Part shown: piece by piece, positions 53,869 through 64,000 of the stretch | How positions within the stretch are numbered: position 1 is the stretch's first letter | Layout of the letters: the number at the start of each line of letters is the position of its first letter | Assembly (NCBI RefSeq): GCF_006345805.1 | Contig: NC_043014.1 | Span: 34,286,001-34,350,000 of the forward strand | Length of the DNA stretch: 64,000 bases | Direction of reading: 5' to 3' | Origin: Octopus sinensis | Taxonomy: Eukaryota | Notes under the pieces: model-generated | Databases searched by the model: none | What the model saw: the letters and a program-made list of their open reading frames with translations, nothing else | Told to the model about the DNA's origin: nothing | Position numbers and translations under genes: made by a program

Positions 53869-55263
53869 CAAGCATACCTCACCCTACATTGTTAATTGGT
53901 TCCAGGAGACATGACTCAAGTCAAAAAACAACTTGAGTCAAATTAACTTGTCTCTAGGCTAGGCTAGGCTGAATTTACTTGTCCCTAGGCTAAACCAATA
54001 ATAACCATTCCCAGTTCTGTACTTTATTTATATGTGCTAAAATCTTGTCCTTATTATGTACAATCGTCGATACAGTTATCCAACTCATCCTAAAAGATTG
54101 TGCAATTGCTACCACTTTTTGACCTTTTTCATGGTGTTTTATCATGGCCAGATTATCTCCCAGCGTTATAGCATGATGCTTAGCACTTTCACTATGAATT
54201 TTCTTAGGAGCCATGGGAGCAAAAAATAAAGTCACAAATGAATGAGAAAGTAGCCGATAAACAAACATAAACAAATCTGAATTCAAAACAATTGCAGGAA
54301 TCATGAGTGACAATGATGCCTAAAGGTAGATATTGGAACTGCAGAGCAATATGAGCTCCAAAAGACCGATAAATAAGACAACACAGCGGACTTCATGATT
54401 TAGTTCACTAAGCTACACTACTTTATGGTGTGTATCTTAACATTTACTGTACATATTTTAATATGGTTTTATATGCTTGTATTCTTATTTACTGTACAGT
54501 AACATGATTTTATGTGCTTTTAACGGTTTTCTAGTGATTTTACGATTCCAATATTTGTGGCAGCCAGATGTAAAGTTGAGTAAAATGACTTCACTTGATT
54601 TTTATTTTTCCATATATTATTTTTGAAAAGTGAAGGTGCATGGCTCAGTGGTTAAAGGCGGCGAGTTGGCAGAAACGTTAGCACGCCGGGCGAAATGCTT
54701 AGCAGTATTTCGTCTGTCCTTACGTTCTGAGTTCAAATTCCGCTGAGGTCAACTTTGCCTTTCATCCTTTCGGGGTTGATTAAATAAGTACCAGTTACGC
54801 ACTGGGTCGATATAATCGACTTAATCCATTTGTCTGTCCTTGTTTGTCCTCTCTGTGTTTAGCCCCTTGTGGGTAGTAAAGAAATAGGTTAGAGTGTAGA
54901 GCTTACGATTTCGATTCCTGGACCGGGCTGTGTGTTGTGTTCTTGAGCAAGACACTTTATTTCAGTTTGCTCCAGTTCACTCAGCTGTAGAAATGAGTTG
55001 CGATAGCACTGGTGCCAAGCTGTATCAGCCTTTGCCTTCCCCTTGGATAACATCGGTGGCATAGAGAGGGGAGGCTGGTGTGCATGGGTGACTGCTAGCC
55101 TTCCACAAACAATCTTGCCCTGACTTGTGCCTCGGAGGGTAACTTTCTAGGTGCAGTCCCATGGTCATTCATGACCAAAGGTGGGGTCTCCTCTTCGTTT
55201 TTGAAAACCAATGTATAATTCAGAACGACTTAAATCAAAACGACTTAAGCTGAGGTATGCCTG
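53869..55263 (-). mobile_element. Tigger/pogo-like DNA transposon deletion derivative with nested SINEs
   Basis: TIR CA(A/G)GCATACCTCA at both ends, TA TSD; - strand APKK...HAITLGDNLAMIKHHEKGQKVVAIAQSFRMSWITVSTIVHNKDKI = CENP-B/Tigger N-terminal HTH (~54010-54215). Confidence 0.88.
54630..55197 (+). mobile_element. tRNA-headed SINE family S5 with nested S3 (other S5 copies ~34187-34538+, 36415-36668-, 48505-48850-, 25590-25870+)
   Basis: TSD TTTTTGAAAA at 54620-54629 and 55198-55207. Confidence 0.82.
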
Positions 55264-55562
55264 TATTCAACAATCAAACAAGAGGTTTTGAGAAAAAACT
55301 GAAACATCCTTACCTGAAGAAACCAATAGCTTGATCATATCTAGTTTCTTGTCCTTGCAAGCTAAGAATAATGGATTGAAGTATTCTCGGACACCACTTT
55401 TGGATACCCAGCCCTGACAGTTGATATTGGCTCCTATATTAAAAATAAAAAATTTTCTTTCTGAATCATGGTATTATTATAAGAAATATTAAATTTCTAA
55501 ATGTCTCAAAGAGACATGATCGGTAGTAGAGCGATAGAGTGGTTGTATACTGTCAACATAAC

Positions 55563-55769
55563 GTGACAGTCCCGTAAGGGAATTACACCACCGCTGTTTA
55601 GCCCTAGGAAGCATTGAATGCTTCCTGTCAGCTTTGACACATTTTCTGTGTCCTTTTGCCTCCCCTTCACAAAAATAAGGACACAGAAAATGTGTCAAAG
55701 CCGACAGGAAGCGTTCGATGCTTCCTAGGGCTAAACAGCGGTGGTGTAATTCCCATACGAGACTGTCAC
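55563..55769. repeat. Near-perfect foldback: 93-bp arms, 21-nt loop
   Basis: 55563-55655 vs 55677-55769, 5 mismatches counted by eye. Confidence 0.92.
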
Positions 55770-56234
55770 AGTATTATTATTATTTACCTTTTATTCAGTT
55801 TATTTATGTTTGTTTTGTCTATATTATATACATCAGTGTTGTTGTTTAGTTCCCGGTGATTTCTAATTTAGTATACTCTGATCAAAAGTATTTCAGATGC
55901 ATCCAGCCTATTGTTTTTTTTTGTTGGGGGGGGGGGTGTTTCAGACAATGGACAATAGTCTCTAATTTGTCCTTGCTTTTCTAAAGCATTAAGGTATATT
56001 AAATAAAGAAGACTTGGCTTTTATTTTTAAAATAACTAAGTAAGTAAGTAAAGATTTTAAAATAACTAAGCAACTAAGTAACGATTGTCTTTATCATCAT
56101 TACAATTTTCACTTTGACCGTCACATTTTTTTCCCATGCAATGAGGGTTTGAACAGATTTGCAACACAAGATTTTTTTCTTGAATCTCAGTTGTTTCTGT
56201 GAGTTCCAACATTCAAAAGTTTTTTTATGAAATA

Positions 56235-56743
56235 CAGGGTAATTCAAAATGAATGGTACAAAAGGAAAACATACACGTGAGTGCTGTAATGAATATATTG
56301 CAAAAATACAGATGTTCAATGTGGGCAACCTTTGCTACACAGCAGGTGTCTACATGGAAGTCTAGTTTTTACTGCCCTCGTGCCAGCATAGCCTGATCCA
56401 TTGAGTCAACCACGTTGCCTATCTGCTGCTTTAACTCTTGTAAGTCCAGTGGAAGTGGGGGCATGAACATCTTGTCATTCAGATCCTCCCAATGGAAAAA
56501 AGTTGCAAGGTGTTAGGTCAGACCATCAATGGCAAATCATTCAACCTAGCATGGCCAATCCAGCATTCTGAAAGATGCTGGTTGAGGTAATTGTGTATGT
56601 GTCTATGCCTATGTGGCAGGGCCCAGTCTTGCTGCATAGTGAAGTTGAGTACCTCTTCTTCCAACTGGGACAACAACCAAATGGACAGCATATCAAGGTA
56701 GATGCACCCTGTAACAGTGGACCATTCATTTTGAACTACCCTC
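56235..56743 (-). mobile_element. Tc1/mariner internally deleted element with transposase C-terminal remnant
   Basis: 23-bp TIR (C/G)AGGGTA(A/G)TTCAAAATGAATGGT, TA TSD; TVTGCIYLDML...QQDWALPH...WIG...DLTPCNFF...AHIEHL. Confidence 0.88.
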
Positions 56744-57399
56744 TATTTTGTATAGCATCTACTTTTACCTATACTTACCTAGTGTAGTTTCTATTTTTAA
56801 TTCACAAAACTTATTTTCTGCAGTCAATATTTTATTACAAGTACACTACAACAATCGTCTGTTCAACATTCACCTGCCAATGCCTTTGATGATGACAACA
56901 TACTTAACTCATTTTACTCTCGCTAGGTTTAACACATCGCCAGCTGACAAGCCAATGAGAGAGTGTCTATATGCAGTCGTTCAGCTGACAAGAAATAGCA
57001 GCCAAATCTCTACCAAAATAAACCCTACTATCTTAAAAAACTGACAACATATTGAATAACATAGTCCTAGATATACAAGAAGACAGAGATGTTTATTAAT
57101 GGAATGCTTTTCACCACAATTCTGTTCTATCAAAGTTGATCTGGGTTAAGCAACACAACCACCAACTGATTCTTTGGTGCATTTTGTAGAGTTCGCTCTG
57201 TTGTAGGCATCTTTTCCCTGTTGACAATAGCTTGCAGATGTTCAAGTTGGACAAGATGTTCACAGCAATCTCATTCTACAAGGACTACTTGCACAGTCCA
57301 CCCCTACCTTCACCAGCTTACAATAGATAAATATATTATATACTGTGTACTTTACTAACAAAGAGCAAACTGTTTCTTTCCAGTGCTTGCAATATCTTC

Positions 57400-57562
57400 A
57401 TAGTTCCCTCTCACTATACCTCCACTTCTAACTGTCCTTTCACTCCACCTCCACTTCAAATTCCCCTCTGACTACACCTTAACTTCTGATTCCCCTTCTA
57501 AATACACCTCCATTTCTAATTCCTCTCTAACTACCCCTCCACTTCTAATTCCCCTCTAACTA
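57400..57562. repeat. Degenerate ~30-bp C/T-rich minisatellite, ~5 units
   Basis: Recurring CTACACCTCCACTTCTAATTCCCCTCTAA-like unit. Confidence 0.7.
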
Positions 57563-57741
57563 TGGCTAATAACAAATCTCGTCACAATCTACTGTCTTAA
57601 TAAAGAAAGGCCATCTCTAAAAAAGGTTGGCTATGGCTGTATTGCTATTGATCATGTGACTGCTTCATCAAGGCTGACCTCAGGCTAAACAATAGCAACA
57701 ACAACTTATATTTGCTTGGAAAACTACAATTAAAAACTCAC

Positions 57742-57889
57742 CTTTGTTGATTAAATACTTGACAATATCCACAATGCCACAGTGAACAGCATAGCAGAGG
57801 GGTGGCCATGTTGCACATTCTCCATCATCAGTCTTGATGTGAACAGGTTTGTTGAGGCTGCATACTCCACCATTACACAAACTAACAAA
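57742..57889 (-). CDS. ASB-like gene internal exon (FVSLCNGG...WPPLCYAVHCGIVDIVKYLINK)
   Basis: tacag/gtgagt, 148 nt, phase 0-1 matching the terminal exon; ankyrin-like PPLCYAVHCGIVDIVKYLINKG. Confidence 0.9.
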
Positions 57890-59565
57890 CTGTACAGATA
57901 AAGAAAACATTAGATTTAAATTTCTGGTCAAAATTGTGCACAAATGTGTGTGTATCTCTGTGTCTGTGTTTGTTCCCCATCCATTGCTTTACAACTGGTG
58001 TTGGTTTGTTTATGTCTCTGTATCTCAGCATTTCTGTAATAGATAACTGGCACTCCTTTGGTTACACTGATGAGGGTTCCAGTTGATTGGATCAGCAGAA
58101 CAGCCTACTTGTGAAATTAACATGCAAGTGGCTGAGCACTCCACAGATATAACGATAAACATCACCCTTTTCAAGCCAGTCCATCAAAGCGTTACTCAAG
58201 AAACAGGAAGAGTGAGTGAGAGAAAGTTGTGGCGAAAGAGTACAACAGGGGTCGCCACACACCCCTGCCAGAGCCACGTGGAGCTTTTTTAGGTGTTTTC
58301 ACTCAATAAACACACACAACGCCTGGTCTGGGAATCGAAACCCTGATCCTCTGACCGTGAGTCTGCTGCCCTAATCACTGGGTCATTGCGCCTCCACACT
58401 CCACAGATGTGCATCCCCTTAATGTAGTTTTCAGGAAGATTCAGCATGACACAGAATGTGTCATGGCTGGCCTTTTGAAATACAAGTACTACACATTTTT
58501 GCCAGTTGAGTGAACTGAAGCAATGTGAACTGAAGCCTGGCTGATTGTAACAGATATATTCAGTTATAGCATTGATTTGGACTGTTCTACTGGGGTCTGT
58601 GAAGCCAGAAGGCTTCATCAGGCCCAGTCAAATCTGGCAGTGTTTCTACGGCTGGATGCCCTTCCTAACGTCAACCACTCCGTGAGTGTAGTGGGTGCTT
58701 TTTACATGCCACCCGCACAGGTGCCAGGCAGAGCTGGCAAACGGCCACGAACGGATGGTGCTTTTTATGTGCCAATGTATATATATATATATATTTATTT
58801 ATAACAAAGTGATTTTGTCTCTACAAGAGAGATTCTAGAAGTAAATTTGGTGGCAGCATTCATTAAAACGTTGCAAAGATAGCCCTGGAAAAAAACTGCT
58901 GACACAAGTGGAGCAATTATTCTATGTGAATAGTTCTTTTTGACACAGACACAATTTCCCCCTCATGTCTATGAGAAGTGAGAATGTGTAATGTTCATAC
59001 TTTTCCTATGGGCTTTAACTAGCTAAGGTCATAATCAAAACTTAACACACAAACACTCTGCAAAACATCTAAAATGCTTTCTGAGTGGCTAAACTCCCTC
59101 ACAAACACACTACAATTACACAGAACTTCCTCTCTATTGCTCCTTCTACTACAACTAGAATAAATCTTGCTTTTCTAGTAAGCTGTTTAACACCTAATAC
59201 ACTCACAGTATCCTCTTCTGTCTCATTCTCAAAACTTTGTTCTAGTTTGTTATAAAATTGCAATTCCTTTGTTTTTTATAATACTTCTCTGGTCCCATTT
59301 TCCTTTTCAAACATCAACATGAATATGTTCAAGCTGAACTAGAACCATTGTGAATTCTTTGCCATTTCACAAGTGCCTGTAATGTCAATAAGCATTTTCC
59401 CTACTCTATGGAAGAAATTTACAAAAAAAGAAAAAATCAAGCCAAAAGCTCAATGAGCACTTTTGTTTTAAAGTATTCAACCATGCTGAATCACAGCTAA
59501 CTCGAGCTAAACAACAAATGACAACCAAAGTTTCTAGTTACTTTGATAAGTATTTACAAAGTAAG

Positions 59566-59856
59566 AAAACAGCACAGCTCCCATGACTTCAGGAAACATT
59601 TTTTCACGCTGAGAGTTGCTGAAGCGTGGAACAAACTGCCGGCATCGGTTGTTAGTTGTCGGAGCACTGCATCCTTCAAGACTTCCATGCTTCCTGAGAT
59701 TCGCCAACACTACACTTGATTTTCTCCCCTCCATACACACACAAGCATGTTCACTTTCCAGACATTTCTACATTACTGCATGTACTTTATATGCACTTTC
59801 TGACAAGTTGTGGTGCACCTGAGCACTGTATACAATAATTTCATTATTATTATTAT
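59566..59856 (+). mobile_element. CR1/L2-group LINE 3' end
   Basis: HDFRKHFFTLRVAEAWNKLPASVV...* (FF..RV...WN.LP motif, 59582-59719), short UTR, (ATT)n tail. Confidence 0.8.
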
Positions 59857-60512
59857 ATAAATAAAAAAGAAACTTGTTGCAGCATAGATGTACGCGGGGG
59901 ATTGTTAAAACTATTCACCGGCAGTCACACAACACGAGTCCTTTAAATGGAAGTATGTACATATGTTGTTTATATTATCAAATATATTGAAAATTATTTA
60001 AATTGGTATTTTTAGTTTCTTCCCCTAAAATCTCAGTTATTAAATAGACGCGTAATAACTATCAAAGCAATCATACACATAAAATCAGTAGTTCTTATTT
60101 CGAATATCTCACCAAAAAGAAACCCAGCAGATAGAGAACACTAATGTTAAACGGTTTTTCTTTTTCAAAAATGAGACCCACAAGTACTTTTTAAAGCCAC
60201 CTCCGACTCATAATTTTTTTTCATTGTTAATTTTGCTCTGAGAAACATTTTTTTACTTATTCAGATATGATCTACACAGAAGAAACTACCTAAAAATATA
60301 GACACTAATTTGTTGGATCTATAGACCGAAATATTTTACGGCTCATAGTTTCAGCTATCTTTGGACATAATCTCTTATTAAACAGCAAACTGCGTGCTGT
60401 TAGCAATTTTTTCTCTTTTAAATATATCTCATGGTTATCGATTTCCTGTTGCCTTCTTCAGAGAAAGAAATGAATACGTTTTGCGATATACCTTAATCTA
60501 AAGAAATTTGCA

Positions 60513-60515
<3 letters not shown>

Positions 60516-60562
<47 letters not shown>

Positions 60563-60735
60563 GATATTAATTATAATTAATTATATTTTTTAATAATTGT
60601 TACATATTTAAATAATATAAATTAATCATATGTATTGGCTTAAGTCTTTCATTGTTTGATTTGCCTAATAGTGGTTTTGTCTCTAATTTAATATAATATA
60701 TATATATATATATATATAATATATATATATATATT
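60516..60735. repeat. (AT)n microsatellites beside the ASB first-exon region
   Basis: Direct observation. Confidence 0.9.
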
Positions 60736-60759
60736 CATATGTGTGTATACATATATTTA

Positions 60760-61390
60760 TAATTGAACCCCGGTGCTTACTACGCAGGGCGTTTACCAAA
60801 AGAAAGGTACTTGACGAAAACGACTAGAATTTGATTAAAACAAGTGAAACACCTGATCCTCCGTGTCCCACGGCACTTCGGCAATTTTATCTTTCACGAA
60901 TGAGGAAGCGACACAAAAGAAATCATTACTCATTTAAAAGTTGACAAAAATTCACGAAAGGAGCAGGTAAAGGTAACAAGAATTAAATTAATGAAGTTGT
61001 GGTAATTTGAAGTTCTTGAGAGTTGTAACAATACAATGAGGTTTTGGGGCCACGCTGCACAATTACCTGTTCCACGTCGTTTGTTGATATAGCGTTAAGT
61101 AAGCATCGTTGTTTACTCTGGGTCATTATCACCTGAAATGTCAACACTTGTTCGTGAGAATAACCATTTCTGAAGAGACAAGTTGCGCAATAAAGAACGA
61201 TAACTCAAAGTTACTAAGCCTTTTCATCGATATGCTGTAATTCTGGCTGACGTTGACCAAGTCGTTATAAAGCGAAAGGTAAATTCCCGGGAAAGTAGTT
61301 TCGATTCTCGATTAAATCCTTCATACTACTAATGACGTTCGGAAATGTTTTCAAATACTCTCAGAGCTGAGTAAAAACAAAATTTCGATT
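60760..61390 (-). promoter_or_regulatory. CpG-enriched non-repeat region, likely ASB-like promoter/first exon
   Basis: Visibly more CG dinucleotides than the CpG-poor introns; not part of any repeat family I recognise; contains the candidate start exon. Confidence 0.5.
60853..60933 (-). CDS. Probable first coding exon of the ASB-like gene (MSNDFFCVASSFVKDKIAEVPWDTEDQ)
   Basis: ATG at 60933 and 27 open codons ending CAG|GTGTTT in phase 0, in frame with exon 57889; lies in a CpG-rich stretch. The donor is weak and a stronger GTAAGC donor lies at 60780. Confidence 0.55.
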
Positions 61391-61409
61391 GAAATATATT
61401 TTCTTTCTC

Positions 61410-61630
61410 TTTCTCTTTTACTTGTTTCAGTCATTTGAATTGTGGCCATGCTGGAGCACCGCCTTTAGTCGAGCAAATCGACCCCAGGACTTATTCTTTG
61501 TAAGCATAGTACTTATTCTATCGGTCTCTTTTGCCGAACCGCTAAGTTACAGGGACGTAAACACACCAGTATAGGTTATCAAGCGATGTTGGGGGGACAA
61601 ACAGACATACAAACATATACACACTCACAT

Positions 61631-61679
<49 letters not shown>

Positions 61680-62069
61680 TATATTCGACGGGCTTCTTTC
61701 AATTTTCATCTACCAAATCCACTCACAAGGCTTTGGCCGACCCGAGGCTATAGTAGAAGACACTTGCCCAAGGTGCCACGCAGTGGGACTGAACCCGGAA
61801 CCATATGGTTGGTAAGCAAGCTACTTACCTATTTCTTTACTACCCACAAGGGGCTAAACACAGAAAGGACAGACAAACGGATTAAGTCGATTATATCGAT
61901 CCCAGTGCGTAACTGGTACTTATTTAATCGACCCAGAAAGGATGAAAGGCAAAGTAGACCTCGGCGGAATTTGAACTCAGAACGTAACGGCAGACGAAAT
62001 ACGGCTACGCATTTCGCCCGGCTTGCTAACGTTTCTGCCAACTTACCACACAGCCACTCCTACGCCTAT
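61410..62069 (-). mobile_element. SINE S1 copy split by an S3 SINE (61830-62040)
   Basis: TSD ACTTACC at 61823-61829 and 62041-62047 inside the S1 head. Confidence 0.85.
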
Positions 62070-62278
62070 TTACTGTTGTAAATTCGTAAAACCATAACGG
62101 CAAACCCTGTACTGTATGATTTACCGTATTTAGTCCTTAAACGTCTCTACTCTAAATTCAAATTCCGCCGCCGAAATTGACTTCGCCCTCTGTTCCCACT
62201 GTGTCGATAAAATATTTGATTTACGTTCTTCTTCAGCGTAACCCGAGAAACACGGTTCTGTTTGTATATATAAAAGTA

Positions 62279-62560
62279 GGTACTACTTAAGAAGAGTGGT
62301 CCCGGTGCGCGCACTCGTGTACTCGCGCATCCGCGCTAGCTAGTCGTGACTAGTCGATCCTTACTTTGTGTTTTTGTTTTATTTATTTTGTTTAAAAAAA
62401 ATTATTTACTTTGTGTTTTTGTGTTTTATTTACTTTAAAAAAAAAAAAATTATTTTGTGTTTTATTTACTTTGCTAGGTAGTCGTAGGATCGACTAGTCA
62501 CGACTAGCAAGCGCGAATACGCGAGTGCGCGCACTGGGACCACTGTTCTTAAGTAGTACC
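62279..62560. mobile_element. MITE with ~80-bp CpG-rich TIRs and 8-bp TSD (Merlin-like)
   Basis: TSD TAAAAGTA at 62271-62278 and 62561-62568; TIR GGTACTACTTAAGAA...GACTAGTCGATCCT. Confidence 0.85.
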
Positions 62561-62910
62561 TAAAAGTAGATATTGATTTCAAATTTTGGCGCAAGGCCAA
62601 AAGTTCGGAGGAGGGAGTAAGTCGTTTACACAGACCCCAGTGCTCAACTAGTACTCATTTTATCAACCCAGAAAGGATGACAAGCAAAGTCGACCTCGGC
62701 AGAACTTGAACACGGAACAACGTAAAGGCGGACGAAATGCCCGGCATCCTAACGAGTCCTACCAGCTTGCCGCCTTAAATATAAAAGTAGATATTAGGAA
62801 TTATTAGTTATGTGCTGCTTGAATAAGTAAGGTAGTCAGTACCAGCTCACACTTAATTATTAGATATGAGAATGAATTGATTTTAAATTCATCATAGAAA
62901 TGTTAACGTA

Positions 62911-63313
62911 AGGCGCAGGAGTGGCTGTGTGGTAAGTAGCTTGCTAACCAGCCACATGGTTCCGGGCTCAGTCCCACTGCGTGGCATCTTGGGCAAGTGT
63001 TTTTTTCTGCTATAGCCCCGGGCCGACCAATGCCTTGTGAGTGGATTTGCTAGACGGAAACTGAAAGAAGCCTGTCGTATATATGTATATATATATATAT
63101 GTGTGTGTGTGTTTGTCCCCCTAGCATTGCTTGCCAACCGATGTTGGTGTGTTTACGTCCCCGTCACTTAGCGGTTCGGCAAAAGAGACCGATATAATAA
63201 GTACTGGTCTTACAAAGAATAAGTCCCGGGGTCGATTTGCTCGACTAAAGGCGGTGCTCCAGCATGGCCGCAGTCAAATGACTGAAACAAGTAAAAGAGT
63301 AAAAGAAAGAGAG
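62911..63313 (+). mobile_element. SINE S1 copy
   Basis: Full head-to-tail S1. Confidence 0.88.
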
Positions 63314-63405
63314 TAAGGCCAAGCATAATTTCAATAAATGGCTAATATTTTGATGTCAATTTCAGAGTGCTTTTTAACCTCAATCGGGCGGCGATAAAAA
63401 TACAT

Positions 63406-64000
63406 GGATCTTTTCCTTTTGAACGACACACAATTTCTTGTTAACTAAACACTTTAAAACTTCGTATACTGGTAGAATGTGTCAAAATAAAACATTTTTT
63501 CTCTTGGCTTTCTTGATAAAATTGTAATTTGTTTGTTTAACGTAGTTTAAGTTTTCGAATTTTAACCAATGAATCGCCTCTAATTGAGCTAAAATCATTT
63601 GCTGCGTCTAAAACTGAGACAACATCCTGTCACTAACCCTAAACCTCACCCTAACCCTATTTTTTTTTTCTTAATTGTTAAATTAATTTAATTGTTACGC
63701 GTGTAAAAAAAACGAAAGCGTATAAGTACGGAAAGCGTGTATATAAAATTATAGAATTATTTTGTTTGTTAATTGTTTAAATTATTTTCCATTGCTTTCG
63801 TTTTTTTACACGCGTAACAATTAAGAAAAAAAAATTAGGGTTAGGGTTAGGTTTAAGGTTAGTGACAGGATGTTGTCTCAGTTTTAGACGCAGCAAATGA
63901 TTTTAGCTCAATGGAGGTAATCGATTGGTTAAAATTGCCAAAATGCTCGAAATATCTTACAAACTATAGAATTTTCTCAATAAAACCAAGAGAAAACGAT
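63406..64000. mobile_element. Foldback element related to family C, long TIRs with TTAGGG-like motifs; runs off the window end
   Basis: 63583-63638 is the exact reverse complement of 63857-63912; second IR 63690-63719 / 63794-63822; starts GGATCTTTT. Confidence 0.8.

Noticed and set aside
59880-60510. Discrete DNA transposon between the CR1 fragment and the (AT)n tract
   Set aside because: It has a repeat-like composition with CpGs, but I could not find TIRs, a TSD or a second copy in the window.
63634-63862. True telomere or chromosome-fusion scar
   Set aside because: Only 3-4 degenerate units per side, embedded symmetrically in transposon-like arms.

Overview
AT-rich, repeat-dense animal genomic DNA. 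The SINE/LINE content looks like an octopod cephalopod, which is my inference and not a database result. Two spliced genes converge tail to tail. (1) NSUN2 (tRNA/mRNA m5C methyltransferase) is on the + strand: 21 GT-AG coding exons from 3575 to the stop at 45126 join in one frame (2502 nt, 833 aa). Its first exon is probably upstream of the window. (2) An ankyrin-repeat/SOCS-box (ASB-like) gene is on the - strand, with exons 57889-57742 and 53322-52667 and a likely first coding exon at 60933-60853 (about 294 aa). Introns and intergenic DNA hold at least four tRNA-headed SINE families, 5'-truncated RTE and CR1 LINE ends, two TTAA piggyBac-type MITE families, GG-ended MITEs with 8-bp target-site duplications (TSDs; Merlin-like), Tc1/mariner and Tigger derivatives, and two Helitron pieces. 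The most striking object is a ~490-bp spacer-less palindrome (8901-9388, 17-bp TSD) in an NSUN2 intron. It is made of two head-to-head tRNA-derived SINE-like units that each carry a Penelope-type minimal hammerhead ribozyme; the core is intact in the left arm and decayed in the right. Repeat boundaries without a stated TSD are approximate.
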